Position numbers and translations under genes: made by a program. A stretch of 64,000 nt of DNA from positions 95,728,001-95,792,000 of the forward strand of contig NC_092348.1 in assembly GCF_963676685.1 (NCBI RefSeq). The letters run 5' to 3'. The first letter of the stretch is position 1. The number at the start of each line of letters is the position of its first letter. The DNA comes from Mytilus edulis. Its lineage: Eukaryota. Positions 13,571-28,400 of the stretch are shown here, piece by piece. The notes under the pieces were generated by a model. That model was not told where the DNA came from. It did no database searches and saw only the letters and a list, made by a program, of their open reading frames with translations.

Positions 13571-16495
13571 TAAACGGTAGCTTTCTTATAAGCTGAGGAC
13601 CACCTCCAGGTGTGGGATTTTCTCGAAGACCCATTGGTGGCCTTTGGCTGTTATCTGCTCTTTGGTCAGGTTGTTGTCTCTTTCACTTTGACATATTCCC
13701 TAATTCCATTTTCAATTTTATTTTTGTTTTTTTATACAATTATGGAACAGAGGCGATTTTTTTTTAGACTAAGTGGGAGGGAGCAAAAGACACTTTGTGA
13801 CCTTGACATTAAAGTAGAACCTTTATCTTTGGTCAAACACGTTATCTGAAGATTTAATTGGTTTGGCAGAGCTTCACTTGAATTAGTGATATTATTTTGA
13901 CTACCTAGATGTCTATCAGTTAAATCGTGAGTTAACCTTTTTCACTTTATCTAATTTAAGTAATTTGACATGTTTATTTGTAGAGAATTACAACATGTTT
14001 ATCTTATTATAACATCACTAGTATTGTTTACATCTGACATTTCAAACATCGTAGAATTTGTGAAAAATAAACTTTCACTTCATTCCGTAAGTAATTTCAG
14101 AAGTAATTTCGGGAAACAAATGATACAAAAAAAGGCTGTAAAAATTAATTTCTCACAGAACCACTTTCAAATATTTGTCTCCCTTTTTTTTCACTGCAAC
14201 CCAATGAACATAGATAAAATTATCCAATGATTTTAACAAATTGAGGTACTAATTTTTATTATATATAAGATATTCTAGAAAGTTTGAATCTGCAAGAGGA
14301 TTTGATAACACAAAGCAGATACCCATTTTCCCCCTTCCAACCTGGATATCTATCCACCCAACATTAACTATACCACAAGTGTTCCACCTTCCAACCTGGA
14401 CATCTATCCACCCAACATTAACTATACCAGAAGTAAAATTGGTATACAACCTGTCCAACAGGAATAGTATCTTTAGCTTTTTGAATGAAAACAAATTTTG
14501 ATAAAAAACATTTCAAACCCATGTACATTTCATGTATTATTATAACAGTAATGATAAAACAACCAAAGCAACAAAATCTTCATTGACTTCATTCAAATTT
14601 GCTACAAGATGGTGTATACAAAGACACAGGTGGATGGATTTAGGGGGGGGGCAGGGGCCAGGCTTCCCATTTTCTGGGAAAAAATGATTGATTATGGAAT
14701 CATTGAAGCATGACCAGAGCTGGCCCCCTCTTTGGCAGTCAGTGGGCCCCCACCTTTAGAATTATTGGATCTGCCACTGAAGGATGTCAATATAATTAGA
14801 TTATTGTTGAGGGTCGGGTACTTTTTATGCCATTTCTATTACCACTATTGACTCATATTCTTTCATAGGACAGTTAATGTTGGAAATAAAAATAATGATT
14901 ATCAATTGATGAACTATTTTTGCACTAAATTGGCAGGTTAACTCACACCAATAAACTCAATTTTTTGTACACAAACTGTTGAGTTCAGCTTGTAAGGAAG
15001 GAAAAGACTCCTTATCAAATTATTGTTCACTTATAATTTCTTCTACCATCTTCAGATTGGCATGTGTTGTGGTTCTATCTGCTTATATTATTACAAGGTG
15101 TTGGGTAAATTAAAATATAATTACTTGATTCTGATTATTGGTACTATGTAAATAAACAAACTGTTCTTATCAAAACTTTAAAGCATGTGTGCGTTTTCCT
15201 TCATGCAACCAGCTGATAACAAAATACATGTATCTAGAGATGGTCCACAGGGGAAAAACTATTGATTGGGTATTAAAGGGTAGCACCTAAGAAGTAAAAA
15301 TCGTGTGATGGTCTCATGGGGTAACTTATTAAGTCAATGTGTTCAAAGGCTGTTTATTGATTTCTGAACCAAGAGGATCTTTAGCGGTTTGTAAAAAAAA
15401 AATTAAAAGATAAAACCTCCTCTGATTGTTGATAACTAATTATTTAGTGAGGGTGTTCAGTAGTACCCTTATTTTAAATCTAAATTGATAGACAGACAGA
15501 TAGACAGCTGGAGTGCAAACCTAGGGTCCAATTCGACTAATAATTACCTATTTTGAACTTCTTTGTATCTGTATTACAATAGAGTTATCCATACCATCTT
15601 ATGACATGTCCTTATTGTCAACAATCCACACCAGTACACTAGTCTAGAGTTTCACCAACCAGATTGACAGCTTTCAGTTACTCAACACCATCAGCATGAT
15701 CAGCAATCAGTTTGAAGTATCCACAGAACCAGGAAACAGTCCAGTAATAGTACCAGCAATTGCCATCAAGTAATCTGGACTTTTTCATGTATCTTGTAAA
15801 TTTTGTGTGTGGCTGCTGTTTGCCCATGTATGTTTTTATTGTACATTTGGCTTAGTTACCCCTGAAGTTTAATAATTTCCCTGCAATCATCTTTATGAAA
15901 ATATCTAAAAATTCAGATTGTTTCATTAATTTAATTTTTCATGCATTAAAAAAAGGTGTGGTATTTCTGAGAGTCTGTTTTCAAATGCAGTTGTTTCCCT
16001 GATCTACCCAGATAATGTTGTACTAGTAATCAGATACTATCTTATTTTCTAGTTTTCATATTAATTTTTTTCTTGGCACCAAAGTCTGTCTGTAAACAGA
16101 AATGTGTGTGATTTGTAATAAAAAGCTGCACAAGCCCAAAATATCTAAATTTTCAAAATATATTATGAATCTCAATTAATCATTTTTTATTTTAATCAAT
16201 GTATAGTTGTAATCATCTTCCCATATTCACAACCGACAAAATGAATTATCATGAAATGGCAATGATATCATTACTATGAAATCTGAGTGATGTTTTTCAC
16301 ATTGAATGTTTATTTTGTTTTCTTATAAATAAATATACTAACTTATCATTTCCTTTGTGAATATTTATTGTTTGTCTGTTAGGGTTATTTGAAATTTCGT
16401 TTGGTAACTATTCGTTTCTTCTAATTTCAGTAAAAAAAAATACCACAAGACATCTATAGTAAAACTTTTATTAATAAATTAAATAGATATATAAA

Positions 16496-19400
16496 TCACA
16501 GCTTGGATCCTTTACTTGAGAAAAATCCCATTATAGCATTCATACATTCATCCGACTGCCACCGTTCCATTAGTATAACACATTCGTGCTTGTTCACTTG
16601 ATATAATTTGTCTTTCTCCAGTTCTCTCGACACTAATTTGCATTTTTGTAAACTCTGAAATCAAAAAGTAAATGCTACTTTTATAACTGCTTACACAATT
16701 TTATTTAATCTATCTTTTTATGTTTATATAATTATGAGTAATGGTGGGTTCATGGTTTAAAAAGCCAATTTATTTCATCTAACAAGAATAATGATTAAAG
16801 TAGAAATGTTTATGAACACAAATAAGTAAACATAGTTAAATAAAAAATCAATAATTCTAGGAGCCTAGATTATTCTTTGATGGCCTTTATGTGTAATTCA
16901 GTCAATAAAATTAGCCAATTTTTATAATATTTTCAATTAGACAAAAATTCTTATAATTTTATGAGCATGTGAAGTGTTTACTAAAATACAGAAATTTGAA
17001 CCCTTATTTTATGTCATAACTTACTATTATTTATTCAGATTACAGAAATACCAATTAGGCATAGAAAATTACAAAATAAATCTAAAATGTGTCTCCATGG
17101 ACACAGATCATGATGCTCCTGCATTGCATACACCATTTTAAAGGGACACAACTCAAGAATGATAAAAGTGAGGCTACCCAAATTTGTACTTGAACTGAGT
17201 TTTGTGGTAATAAGTATTGTGTAAAAATTTCATAATGTTTGGTTGGGGCAAACTTATGTTACAGAACGGAAACTAAACATTTTGCAATTTTTCAAGTTAT
17301 AATGAGGCATAACTCGATAATGGTTAAAGTGACACTTCCCCAATTCAGCTTTATCTGCGTTTTGTGGTAATAAGTATTGTGCATAAGTTTTGTAAAATTT
17401 GGTTGAGGCAACTTAAGTCAGAGAACGGTTACTAAAAATTTTGCACCTATATCCTTTTATAAAGGGGCACAACTCGAGAATGGTTAAAGTGACCCCACCA
17501 AAATTCAAACTTGATCTGAGTTTTGTGGTAATAAGCATTGTGTATAAGTTTCATAACATTTGGTCGAGGCCAACTTAAGTTCGAGAGCCTCTAAAAATTT
17601 GTAATTTTTCCATTTATTAAGGGCATTACTCTAGAAAGGATTGAGTGATGCCACCGAATTCAAACTTGATCTGTAATTTGTGATAATAAATATTGTGCAT
17701 AAGTATCAACATTTGGTTGAGGCCAACTTAAGTTAGAGAATGAAAACTAAACATTTTGCATTTATTTCCATGTATAAAGGGGCATAACTCTAGAACGGTT
17801 AAAGTGACACCACCAAACTTCAAACTTGATCTGTATTTTGTGGTTATAAGCATTGTGTATAAGTTTCAGAACATTTGGGAGAGGCAAACTGAAGTTAGAG
17901 AAGAGAGGGAAACCCAAAAATGCAGCAATTTTCCATTATAAAGGGGCATAACTCTACAACGGTTATAGTGACACCACCAATTTTTAAATTTGATCTGTGT
18001 TTTGTGGTTATAAGTATTTTGTATAAGTTTCATAACATTTGGTAGAAGCTAACTCAAGTTAGAGAACAGAAACCGATTTTGGGATGTACCAACGTACGTA
18101 CATATGTATAGTCCGACAAGGGTAAAACTTAATGGCCCCTCTGCTATGGTGGGGGCACAAAAATGAAAAATGCTGGAAATCATATTTGCGACCTTCATAA
18201 CATGTAAGTATGACCATTGTGAGGATTTTTTTTATTTCAAAAACTGAACATTGATCAATGATCCATTATATGAAGTCAAGCTCTGATGAAATCTGCCAGA
18301 CAACACCTTGTAGTTATTCAAAAGGTGATCTACTGCTTCTAGTACTGAAGAAGCAAACCAAATCACAAAAGGTTAACCCTGACCATTTAACCTTGAAATG
18401 AAGTCAAGATCAGGTGACCTTCATCAGATGCACATATTGACCATGCAGGGATCCTATCAACCACACACAGTTATCCTTTTACTCTTAACAAGTGAGAAAT
18501 TAATGTGACAAAAAAACTATACATGTTTTTTAAGCAGTCTCTCATATGTTGTTTAGTTGTTTAGACATTTACATATGCTTCAAAACATCGATTTATTAAA
18601 TGTCATTTTTCATAAACTGTTGACACAGAGATATGTTTGAATGTCCACATAATATTCAGAACTAGAGGCTCTTAAGAAACTGTGTCGCTCACCTTGGTCT
18701 ATGTGCATATTAAACAAAGGACACAGATGGATTCATGACAAAATTGTGTTTTGGTGATGGTGATGTGTTTGTAGATCTTACTTTACTGAACATTCTTGCT
18801 TCTTACAATTATCTCAATTTATAATGAACCTGGCCCATTAGTTACAGAGGAAAATATTTTATTAAAATTTACAAAAATTTACAAAATTTACACAATTATT
18901 AAAAATTGACTATAAAGAGCAATAACTCCTTAAGGGGTCAACTGACCTTTTTGGTCATTTGACTTATTTGTGGATGTTACTTTGCTGAACATTATTGCTG
19001 TTTACAGTTTATATCTATCTATAATAATATTCAAGATAATAACCAAAAACAGCAAAATTTCCTTAAAAATTTCCAATTCAGAGGCAGCAACCCAACAACC
19101 AGTTGTCCGATTCATCTGAAAATTTCAGGGCAGATAGATCTTTACCTGATAAACAATTTTACCCCATCTCAGATTTGCCCTTAATGCTTTGGTTTCAGAG
19201 TTATAAGCCAAAATCTACATTTTACCCCTATGTTCTATTTTTAGCTGGGTCACGCCACATATTTTTTAAACAAGATACCCCAATGATGATTGTGGCCAAG
19301 TTTGGTTTAATTTGGCCCAGTAGTTTCAGAGGAGAAGATTTTTGTAAAAGCTAACCCTGGACGACAATGACGACGCCGGAGGACGCCGGACCCAAAGTGA

Positions 19401-22400
19401 TGAGAAAAGCTCACTTGGCCCAAGGGCCAAGTGAGCTAAAAAACAATCTGATGAACAACAACATTGCTCATCAATTCAAAGTCACTGGACCTTTTGGGCA
19501 GGGCCTAGAAGTGGTCGACAAATTGATATCTTCTGATAGTAATGCAACTTTATAAAAATATCACAATTGGATCCTATTAAACCAACTGAATCAGAAAATT
19601 TAACATTGAAAATTGCTTATTAATTCAAAGTCACTGGACCATGCCTAAGGGAGCAGGGTCTCAAAATAGTCATTAAACTGATATGTATTGATAGTTATGC
19701 AATTTCCCATCAAATAAGTATGATCTATCACAAGTAGTTCCTACCAAAATAACTCAAGCAGAAAACTTAACTCTTAATGATGCCACTGCTGTCTGCAAAA
19801 AGCTATTTCTATGTTTCGCTTTCCGCGACATTCATTCCAGGCTGGACAACTAAAAGGGGCATAACTCAAGAATGATAAAAGTGACGCTACCAAAATTCAA
19901 ACTTAATATGTGTTTTGTGGTAATAAGCATTCTGTGTAGATTTTATACCATTTGGTAATAAGCATTCTGTGTAGATTTTATACCATTTGGTAATAAGCAT
20001 TCTGTGTAGATTTTATACCATTTGGTAATAAGCATTCTGTGTAGATTTTATACCATTTGGTAATAAGCATTCTGTGTAGATTTTATACCATTTGGTAATA
20101 AGCATTCTGTGTAGATTTTATACCATTTGGTAATAAGCATTCTGTGTAGATTTTATACCATTTAGTTGTGGCAAACTGAAGAAATAGAATCCCACGGAAA
20201 CAAAAGATTCCTCAATTATTCAAATTGTAAAGGGGCATAACTCTAAAACAGTGAATGTGATGCTACAAAAATTCAAACTTGATCTTCGTTTTGTGGTAAT
20301 AAGCATTGCATATATATATGAGTTTCTTCATTTGGGTGAGGAAAACAAAAATAAGAGAACAAATACCAATTTTGATGTACTGATGGAAGTACAGACAGAC
20401 AAAGGTAAACTTTAAAGCTCCCTTCACTACGGTGGGAGCATGAAAATAAGGGTTCCCTATCTTTTTACAAAAAACTTATACTCTAGGTCAGTAACTTGGA
20501 GCTTTAAAGGACACTAACAAATGATTCAATTAGTAAACAAGTAATTTCAGATGTGGAATTGCAAAGAGGATTCAGTTGAGTTTCAAAACACCTTACTCAA
20601 CATCAGAAATTAAATATATTTTCAAGGATTTTTTTTTCAAATTTCAAGGGCAATTTTAGACTTGGAATAACTGAAATAATAATTCTAGTCTTTTTTCAAA
20701 TTTTCAAAGTAGGGTATGAATATTGCCAACTATTTGTCCATATATAACTTACTATTTTGGGCAGCTTTGCATATTGCTGTACTCTTGCTTCTGTTTCTCT
20801 CTGGAATACATCATTAGGGAAGACTTCACTCACAAGATTTCTATCACACGCCTCCTGAGCAGTAATCTTCTTGTTAAACAATAACATTTCACTAGCCTGA
20901 AAATAAAAGAGTGTTTCTTACTGACATTCCTTTATCTAAAATTAATATACAAGTATAATAAACTATAGGTATAGAAAACATTTTCAAAATATAATTCTTT
21001 TGAAAAAAGAGCCATATTGGACTTCATCAGATCAAATAAACAAAATATAAAAAAACTTCTGACAAAAACTTTTCTTGTTTTGCTTGATTTCGTTATATTT
21101 TATTCTTGATAATAAAAATCAAATACAATTTCCCTTTCCTCTGACAGTTAAACATCTTATTAACGAAATAGAAGTCAACAGATGGTAAAAAATGTATCTT
21201 TCATAAGTCAACTTTCCTGTGTTTTGTCTGTATATTTTGTCTAAAATTTGTGTGTTTATGCTATTTAGTATTTTACATGTTAACTATCATTTTGTGTTTG
21301 TATACTGTCAGTGTGAGAAAAAAATCAACAGTGAATAATATAAAATTGTTTTCTGTGTTATATTAGAATTGAATAGAATATGAATTTTATCTTAACCAAG
21401 GTCAAGTTTTTCTTAATCAATGTTACTTCCTGTCAAATCAGTTTTAATCTACCAAAAACATGGTACTCGTTTTCTTTACAGATTTAACTAAATAGTTTAA
21501 TTTTCTGTAGCTTCATTTATAAAACATTTATTGATTATCTCCCTTTATGAAACAAGGATGTAAAATTTGAATCTATAATACATTTCATTTTTGTGTAAAA
21601 CAACAAAAGATTAAATTGCTATTACATGGCAGAATGTATAAGTTGATGGGCAATGAAACTGCAAATGATTTAACAGTATAACATGAACCGATTTAACAGT
21701 TAGAACATGCCAACAGGAAGCCTGATTACAAGTTTTGAAAATATTTGATTTGTAGATCCTTAGAAAATTGTGACCAAAATTTCACATTTTTTGGAATAAG
21801 GAATTAAATTTATATACACATATTTACCTTAGCTGTTCCCATTAACTTTGGGAATACATAGGATGAGCAGCCCTCTGGTGATTGTCCTAGCTGTGAGAAT
21901 GGAGTGTGAAATGTGGCCTAAAATTATATACAAAACCAGTTGTACATTCTTGCTCGGAAAGTTTTTGTTTCAATTAGATCTGAGTTTGCGTCTTTGTTGT
22001 TTAGCCTGAAGTTATCTTAAATAAGATTTGATTCTGTTTGATTTAAAATAAACAGAATACATGGATGATACATATTAAACTAGAGAAAGCTAGAAAAAAC
22101 TTACATGTCAGCAAGTGCCAGACAAAGAGACTGATGCATATAAAGCAAATGCTCATAAATAGTCAATTTTGACACCAGAAATTGATCCAGGATGTGTTTT
22201 CCATTAATATTGTATATCTTTTGTTAAAATCCAAGCACTAGGACTAGTATTTTGAAAGGTATCGTTTGTAAATGGTGGGCAACCAATAATTATGACACAG
22301 AGAACCTTTTACATTAAATATGATTATTACAATTTATCATTTTTCAAGAAATACTAAGTTTTTAACACAATTTTGACTAGAGTACACAATTTGAAATGCA

Positions 22401-25400
22401 TATGAATATCAGTTTTTGTTAAAATCCTATTGAAAGAAGATTTTCTTTCTCAGAATTTATGATTTTTTTTAATAAAAAACAAAGCTTTTCCAAAACTTAA
22501 ATAGATTGTTTCACCTCAATATAGTATGACATTAATATATTATGCACAACATTTAGAGTAAAATTTCCTACCTATACATTTGTAGTTTTTGCATTTACGA
22601 AAATGTTTGGTAAGGGACAGTTAACTATAGTGCTCCCGTTCCCAGATGCAGGGTCCTTATAACTATCTAATAATCAATAATCCCCCCTCCGTTACAATGG
22701 GGGCATAAAAAAGGTAGGAAATTGTAAAATTTAACTTATAAATTATTTAGTGTGATCAATAAAATAAATCTTCCCACACTATACTTTCAATGGCAAAGGG
22801 GAATGTGTTAAAGAGACCATAACCGGAACAAAGAGTAGAAAACAGCCAAAGGCCACCTATGGGTAAAGCATGGTTTAGTCCTACCTTATCTGAAGCATAC
22901 ACAACATCAAAAAGTCCCAAGACAGTAACAGAAACACCCACTGCTGGTCCATTGATTAGTCCAATTAATGGCTTAGGGAAGTCTATAAAAGCATTCACAA
23001 ATTTCCTGGAAAAATAACATACATATCACTTAGAAACAGTGTAACATAACTTAGGAATTAAAAAGGGTAGTGGTTTTCATTTAACTAGACGAAAAGATGC
23101 TCTACAATATTAAACAATATACTTTGTTACCATTTTTTTCTAATTTTAAAATTAAACAAATCATTAGTCATATTTTAAATAAATTATAAAGTCTTCATAC
23201 AAACCTATAGAAAAATTTGTCATTCATTGAACATTTAAATTCATGGTTCACCTGTACCTATGAAATCCACAAAAATTGGTATCCAACAAAAAATGATGAA
23301 TTCACACTACTTTTACATTTTTGAATGAATTTCTTACTACATCTGTACAAGGAATGATATTCCATTTTAGTTAATCAAGCTGCCATTTTCTCAAATCGAA
23401 ACCTACTCTAATATGTCGCCTCCTTGTTTCGCCATAGCTCCAATGCCATCTGATGGGATGTTCATGAAGTTACTTAAATCATTGCCACTACAATAATAAT
23501 CGCCGGCACCTACAACATAAAATACACAATGTTTAAACATGTGGTTTATCAAAATATATTAAACTGGTAGAAAACTCTTTTAAATGCATAATAAATAAGA
23601 AAAAAATAATTCTACCTCTGCATTAAGTGTGATGCGATATTTCCCCTCTCCAGACAGTTACAATTTCGTGGCTTGCCAAGCTTTTTAAATATTTGAAATT
23701 GAACTGATGAGAGTGGAGAAATTTTGTATTGTACAATAATTCATGATAGAATCAGTTTCTCCAATCGAATGATTTTTATATGATATTTAGGCAAACTTAT
23801 TCACTGATCAGCAAAAAGATGTGTTGTTTATATGTGCATCATAAGGCATGGTCATCTTTTTCATGGCCTCCAAATAGAATTTTCAGTGAACAGCAAGAAA
23901 ATTTTATATCATTATTAAATATTACCAAATAAGAATGGAGTTCAAACGAAACATACTTTGATTAGAAATATTACAACTGTTAATATATATACATTTTGTA
24001 TTACTAGTCACTTACAGTTGATCCTGATCCAGTCTGACTGAATATAGAATTACTGTAGACAAAAAGAAAAATATTTATACCTGTCAAAACAGCTAATGTA
24101 CAGTTTTTATCGTTTGCTGCTTCGGACAAAGCAAGGCCTACTTCTTCATACATCTGTTAATATAATCAATGTTTGTTAATGTCATGATTTAAAAAAAATA
24201 GTTTCTTGTGTAAGGCTGTTACCTTATAACATATGGTGCCACAGAATTTGTTTCTATTGAAATATCTCTTAAAATTTATGTTATTCTTCCATTATCCTGT
24301 GTTGTAGTTAAGGATGTTAATATAAGCTTTAAATGGGAATGTCTAAATGACATGAATCAGTCTCATCAGTTATAAAATATCATTTGCCCTGAGTAATGGT
24401 AGCTATTCCTCTAAGGCTGAAAGAGCTGATCCATAATAATACTGGAAGGCATCACCATGGCACCATTTCATCAGTATATTGTCCTAACAGACCATGTTAC
24501 TGAAGAGTAATAGGTGATAATTGAAGGAATGAATGAATGGATGAATTAGTGTTGTTCCATTTACAGTACTGATGACCATGGCAGACTGAGTCTCTAGATA
24601 AGACTAATGGTGGTTCAAACTGAATTTGGTATCAGAGAAAGTCTTACAAAAAGTTTTGTGGTTAACAAATGAAATGTAAACAAAAAGTGGTTGAAATAGA
24701 TAAAGATCACATGAAGTTTTTTTTATATCAACTAAGAAAGGATTAAATGTATGCTTTATTGTTTATGTTCAGACAATTTTGTCACTGCTTTAATGGAGTG
24801 CTACTTAAGTTAAGTTAAACTTAACCTTATAATTGATGGCATTTTTCTTTGCTGGTCTGTTCAGTGTAATTTTAAAGATACCATCATTCAATGTAACAGC
24901 GACAGTTTCATACTTTCCAGCTGATTCTGTAGAAGACACTGATGCTTGAGATGGACTATCTTCACCTGCCAAGCTATGTACTAAATCTATATAGGCCTTC
25001 TGTGCTTCATCCTGTGTAACATTATAGTATCATTAAATTTTATTGTAATAGCATTATTCTGGAAATGAATGAATCAATTAACTATTTTTAATTTTGGTTT
25101 TCCAACTTTTTTGATTCATGCAATACTGATGAGTCTTATGAAAAGAAACAGATGTCCAACATTCTAAATCAAAAGCCATCTTGGATGAACATTTATATCA
25201 TTAAAGACTTCCATTAAAAATATTAAACAGCTGGGTCAATGTTCGCAATTGTTTCTCCATAGGCGATAATGGTAACGTTTTCTACTGTTGCTCAGTCCAT
25301 ATCGTTAACTTGTGTATGATGGCTCGTTTCAAAGCCGAGACATTTTCACATATGTGGTTAAATTTTAAGGGTAAGAAGTGAAATTACTTTTATCGTAAAT

Positions 25401-28400
25401 TATCAAACCCTGAGAATCCTTTTGTGATGCGGCTCCTCATGGAAAAACATCTCTTTTTAAACACAATAGGTTCTTTGAAAATTTAATACTTTGAACACAT
25501 TTAAAAGCTCCATAGTTTTAACACATTTATTCTATGTTCCCCTACTTTCTAAATCAACACAAATAGTTAAGCTCAATCACTTGTTTATCATAGAAACGTG
25601 TCAAATATCACTACACAGAGATTTTTTGTTTACACACAACTTTTGAGTTCCTCATTTTGAGGTGCATTAGGGATATTGACCTAGCTATTTTCTCTCCGAC
25701 AATAATACCAGTATCATTGCCTTTCGAACGTTTATAACTACCATAGTGATTGTCGTTTGTTGCTGTATTACATATTTGTTTTTCGTTTATTTTTGTATAC
25801 ATTAATTAGGCCGTTAATTTTCTGGTTTAAATTGTTTTGCATTTGTGATTTCTGGGCCTTTTATAGCTGACTATGAGATATGGGCTTTGCTCATTGTTGA
25901 ATGCAAAACAGTGACATATAGCTGTTCATTTCTGTGTCATTTGGTCTCTTCTGGACAGTTGTCTCATCCACTATCATACCACATCTTCTTTTTATATATA
26001 CAGCTGATTTTTTCACTTCAATCTTACCTGTGTCATATCACTCAGATTGTTCCATGCATCCCATTTAGCTTTACCAACAAAATCCATCATGCCTGGTTTT
26101 TTAACATTACACTTTCCTATTGTTGCCTTATAGAAAAAGAAAAAAAGAAATAATTTTAATTGATGTACATGTATTACTATAAAAGGATGTGTAATAGATT
26201 AAAACACTTGACATTAAAAAACTGCTAAAATAGATAAATATATTTATTTATGGAAGTACACAGCCCTCTACTTGAGTTATATAAATTCTGACAAAGTTAG
26301 TTGACAAACGTGTTTCTTTTCTGTATACCATTACCAAGTTTTAAATGAAGTTTACAAGTTCAGTTTAACAAGCTTTACAGTAGACACAACAAACTTATAC
26401 AGTGGGTTTTTTATTTCATTTTTCTTGTACTGGGTTGTGATAAGATATGACATATGACAACAACTGTTGGATGAGATGAGGTTCCTGACTTGGTAGTCAG
26501 TGTTTCCATATTGACTTGATTTATAACAGATATGTACTTCAGCTATAAATTTCTCCATTGATAATGTTTCATTTGCATGTGTGTATCATCTTGTCCACCC
26601 AAAAACCACTTATCATCATGAATGTTAATTGGAACAAATATGCTAAGCAATTGAGAACATGAATTCAAATTTAGTTAACCCTTTTTTACTAGGTTGACTG
26701 TTTCTTACATTTGGATTGAGACAAAGTTGAACTTACATGGGTTAGGCTAACTTACATGGGTTAGGCTAACTTACATGATGGGTTAGGCAAACTTACATGG
26801 GTGAGGCTAACTTACATGGGTGAGGCTAACTTACATGGGTTAGGCTAACTTACATGGTTTAGGCTAACTTACATGGGTGAGGCCAACTTACATGGGTGAG
26901 GCCAACATACATGGGTGAGGCTAACTTACATGGGTGAGGCTAACTTACATGGGTGAGGCTAACTTACATGGATTAGGCTAACTTACATGGGTTAGGCCAA
27001 CTTACATGGGTGAGGCTAACTTACATGGGTGAGGCTAACTTATATGGGTGAGGCTAACTTACATGGGTTAGGCTAACTTACATGGGTTAGGCTAACTAAC
27101 ATGAGTTAGGCTAACTTACATGGGTTAGGCTAGAACTTACATGGGTTAGGCTAAAACTTACATGGGTTAGGCTAACTTACATAGGTGAGGCTAACTTACA
27201 TGGATGAGGCTAACTTACATGGGTTAGGCTAACTTACATGGGTTAGGCTAACTTACATGGGTTAGGCTAACTTACATGGGTTAAGCTAACTTACAAGGGT
27301 GAGGCTTACTTACATGGGTGAGGTTAACTTACATGGGTTAGGCTATTCTTTTTAGGTCCTTTTTAGTCATACCGATAAATTTTAAAGCAAACATTTATTA
27401 GAACATGTCAATATCACTGCATGTCGACCAACAGGCTCTGATGCTATGATCATTAGCTTAGTATTCAGTGCTTCACATATGATTTATAACTTACCTTATC
27501 TAAAACAGTTGAATAATTAACAAAATTTTAAGAAACAGAGGTTCAAACTTCCTCATGCAAAGTTAACCTTACCTGGATTTGCTTAATCTTTTTAGGTCCT
27601 TTTCCGTCATATAACTCATCGAGTAAAGTAATTGTACATCCTTGGCTTTAACAAATTTTTGGTTTACGCATTATTAATGTCAGAATGAATATAATAACAA
27701 GAATGTGTTCATAGTACATGGAAGCTCCACTCATACTATCATTTCCTATGTGGATCGTGAAATTGAGGTCAAAACACTAATTTGGCATTTAAATTAGAAA
27801 GATCATATCATAGGGAACATGTGTACCGGTACTAAGTTTCAAGTTGATAGGACTTCAACTTTATCAAAAACTACTTTGACCAAAAACTTTAACTTAAAGC
27901 AGGGCAGATAGACAAAACCAACGGACCAACAAACAAACAGACGCATAGACTGAAAAATAAATAATGCCCCTAAGTGATGCATAAAAAGTACTTTGGACGC
28001 AAAAAATTTATGAAGCGTTATTTTCATTTTTAAGAGGACACCAATGTCCCATTAAGACAAATTGAAGAAAGATTTATGCTGCCTGGATGTAGATCTGCCT
28101 ATGAATTAATTATTTTACCTCTCTCCCTTGTTCACTTACCTGTTTAAATAAAGCATAAATTGTTAGTTTGACATCATTGCCAGGTTCATTCTGGAGAGTG
28201 TTCAATTGAACTTTTGCTTTCTCAAACTCTGCATCCATAGCCCCTAGGACTGGCCTTGATCTATGAAATCCTCTTGTTGGCATAAAATGTACACTACAAG
28301 AAAATGGTTTAATTTAAGAATCAATATTTTATCTGTTGTTTTCTATAACATCTACCATTAAAATGTAAATTTCAAAATATATATAATCGACAAAAAGTCA

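Noticed and set aside
15583-15773. Exon-like GC-richer segment on the plus strand
   Set aside because: All frames contain stops and no partner exons were found.
26730-27344. Interstitial telomere
   Set aside because: Only one GGGTTAGG per 19-bp unit, not (TTAGGG)n.
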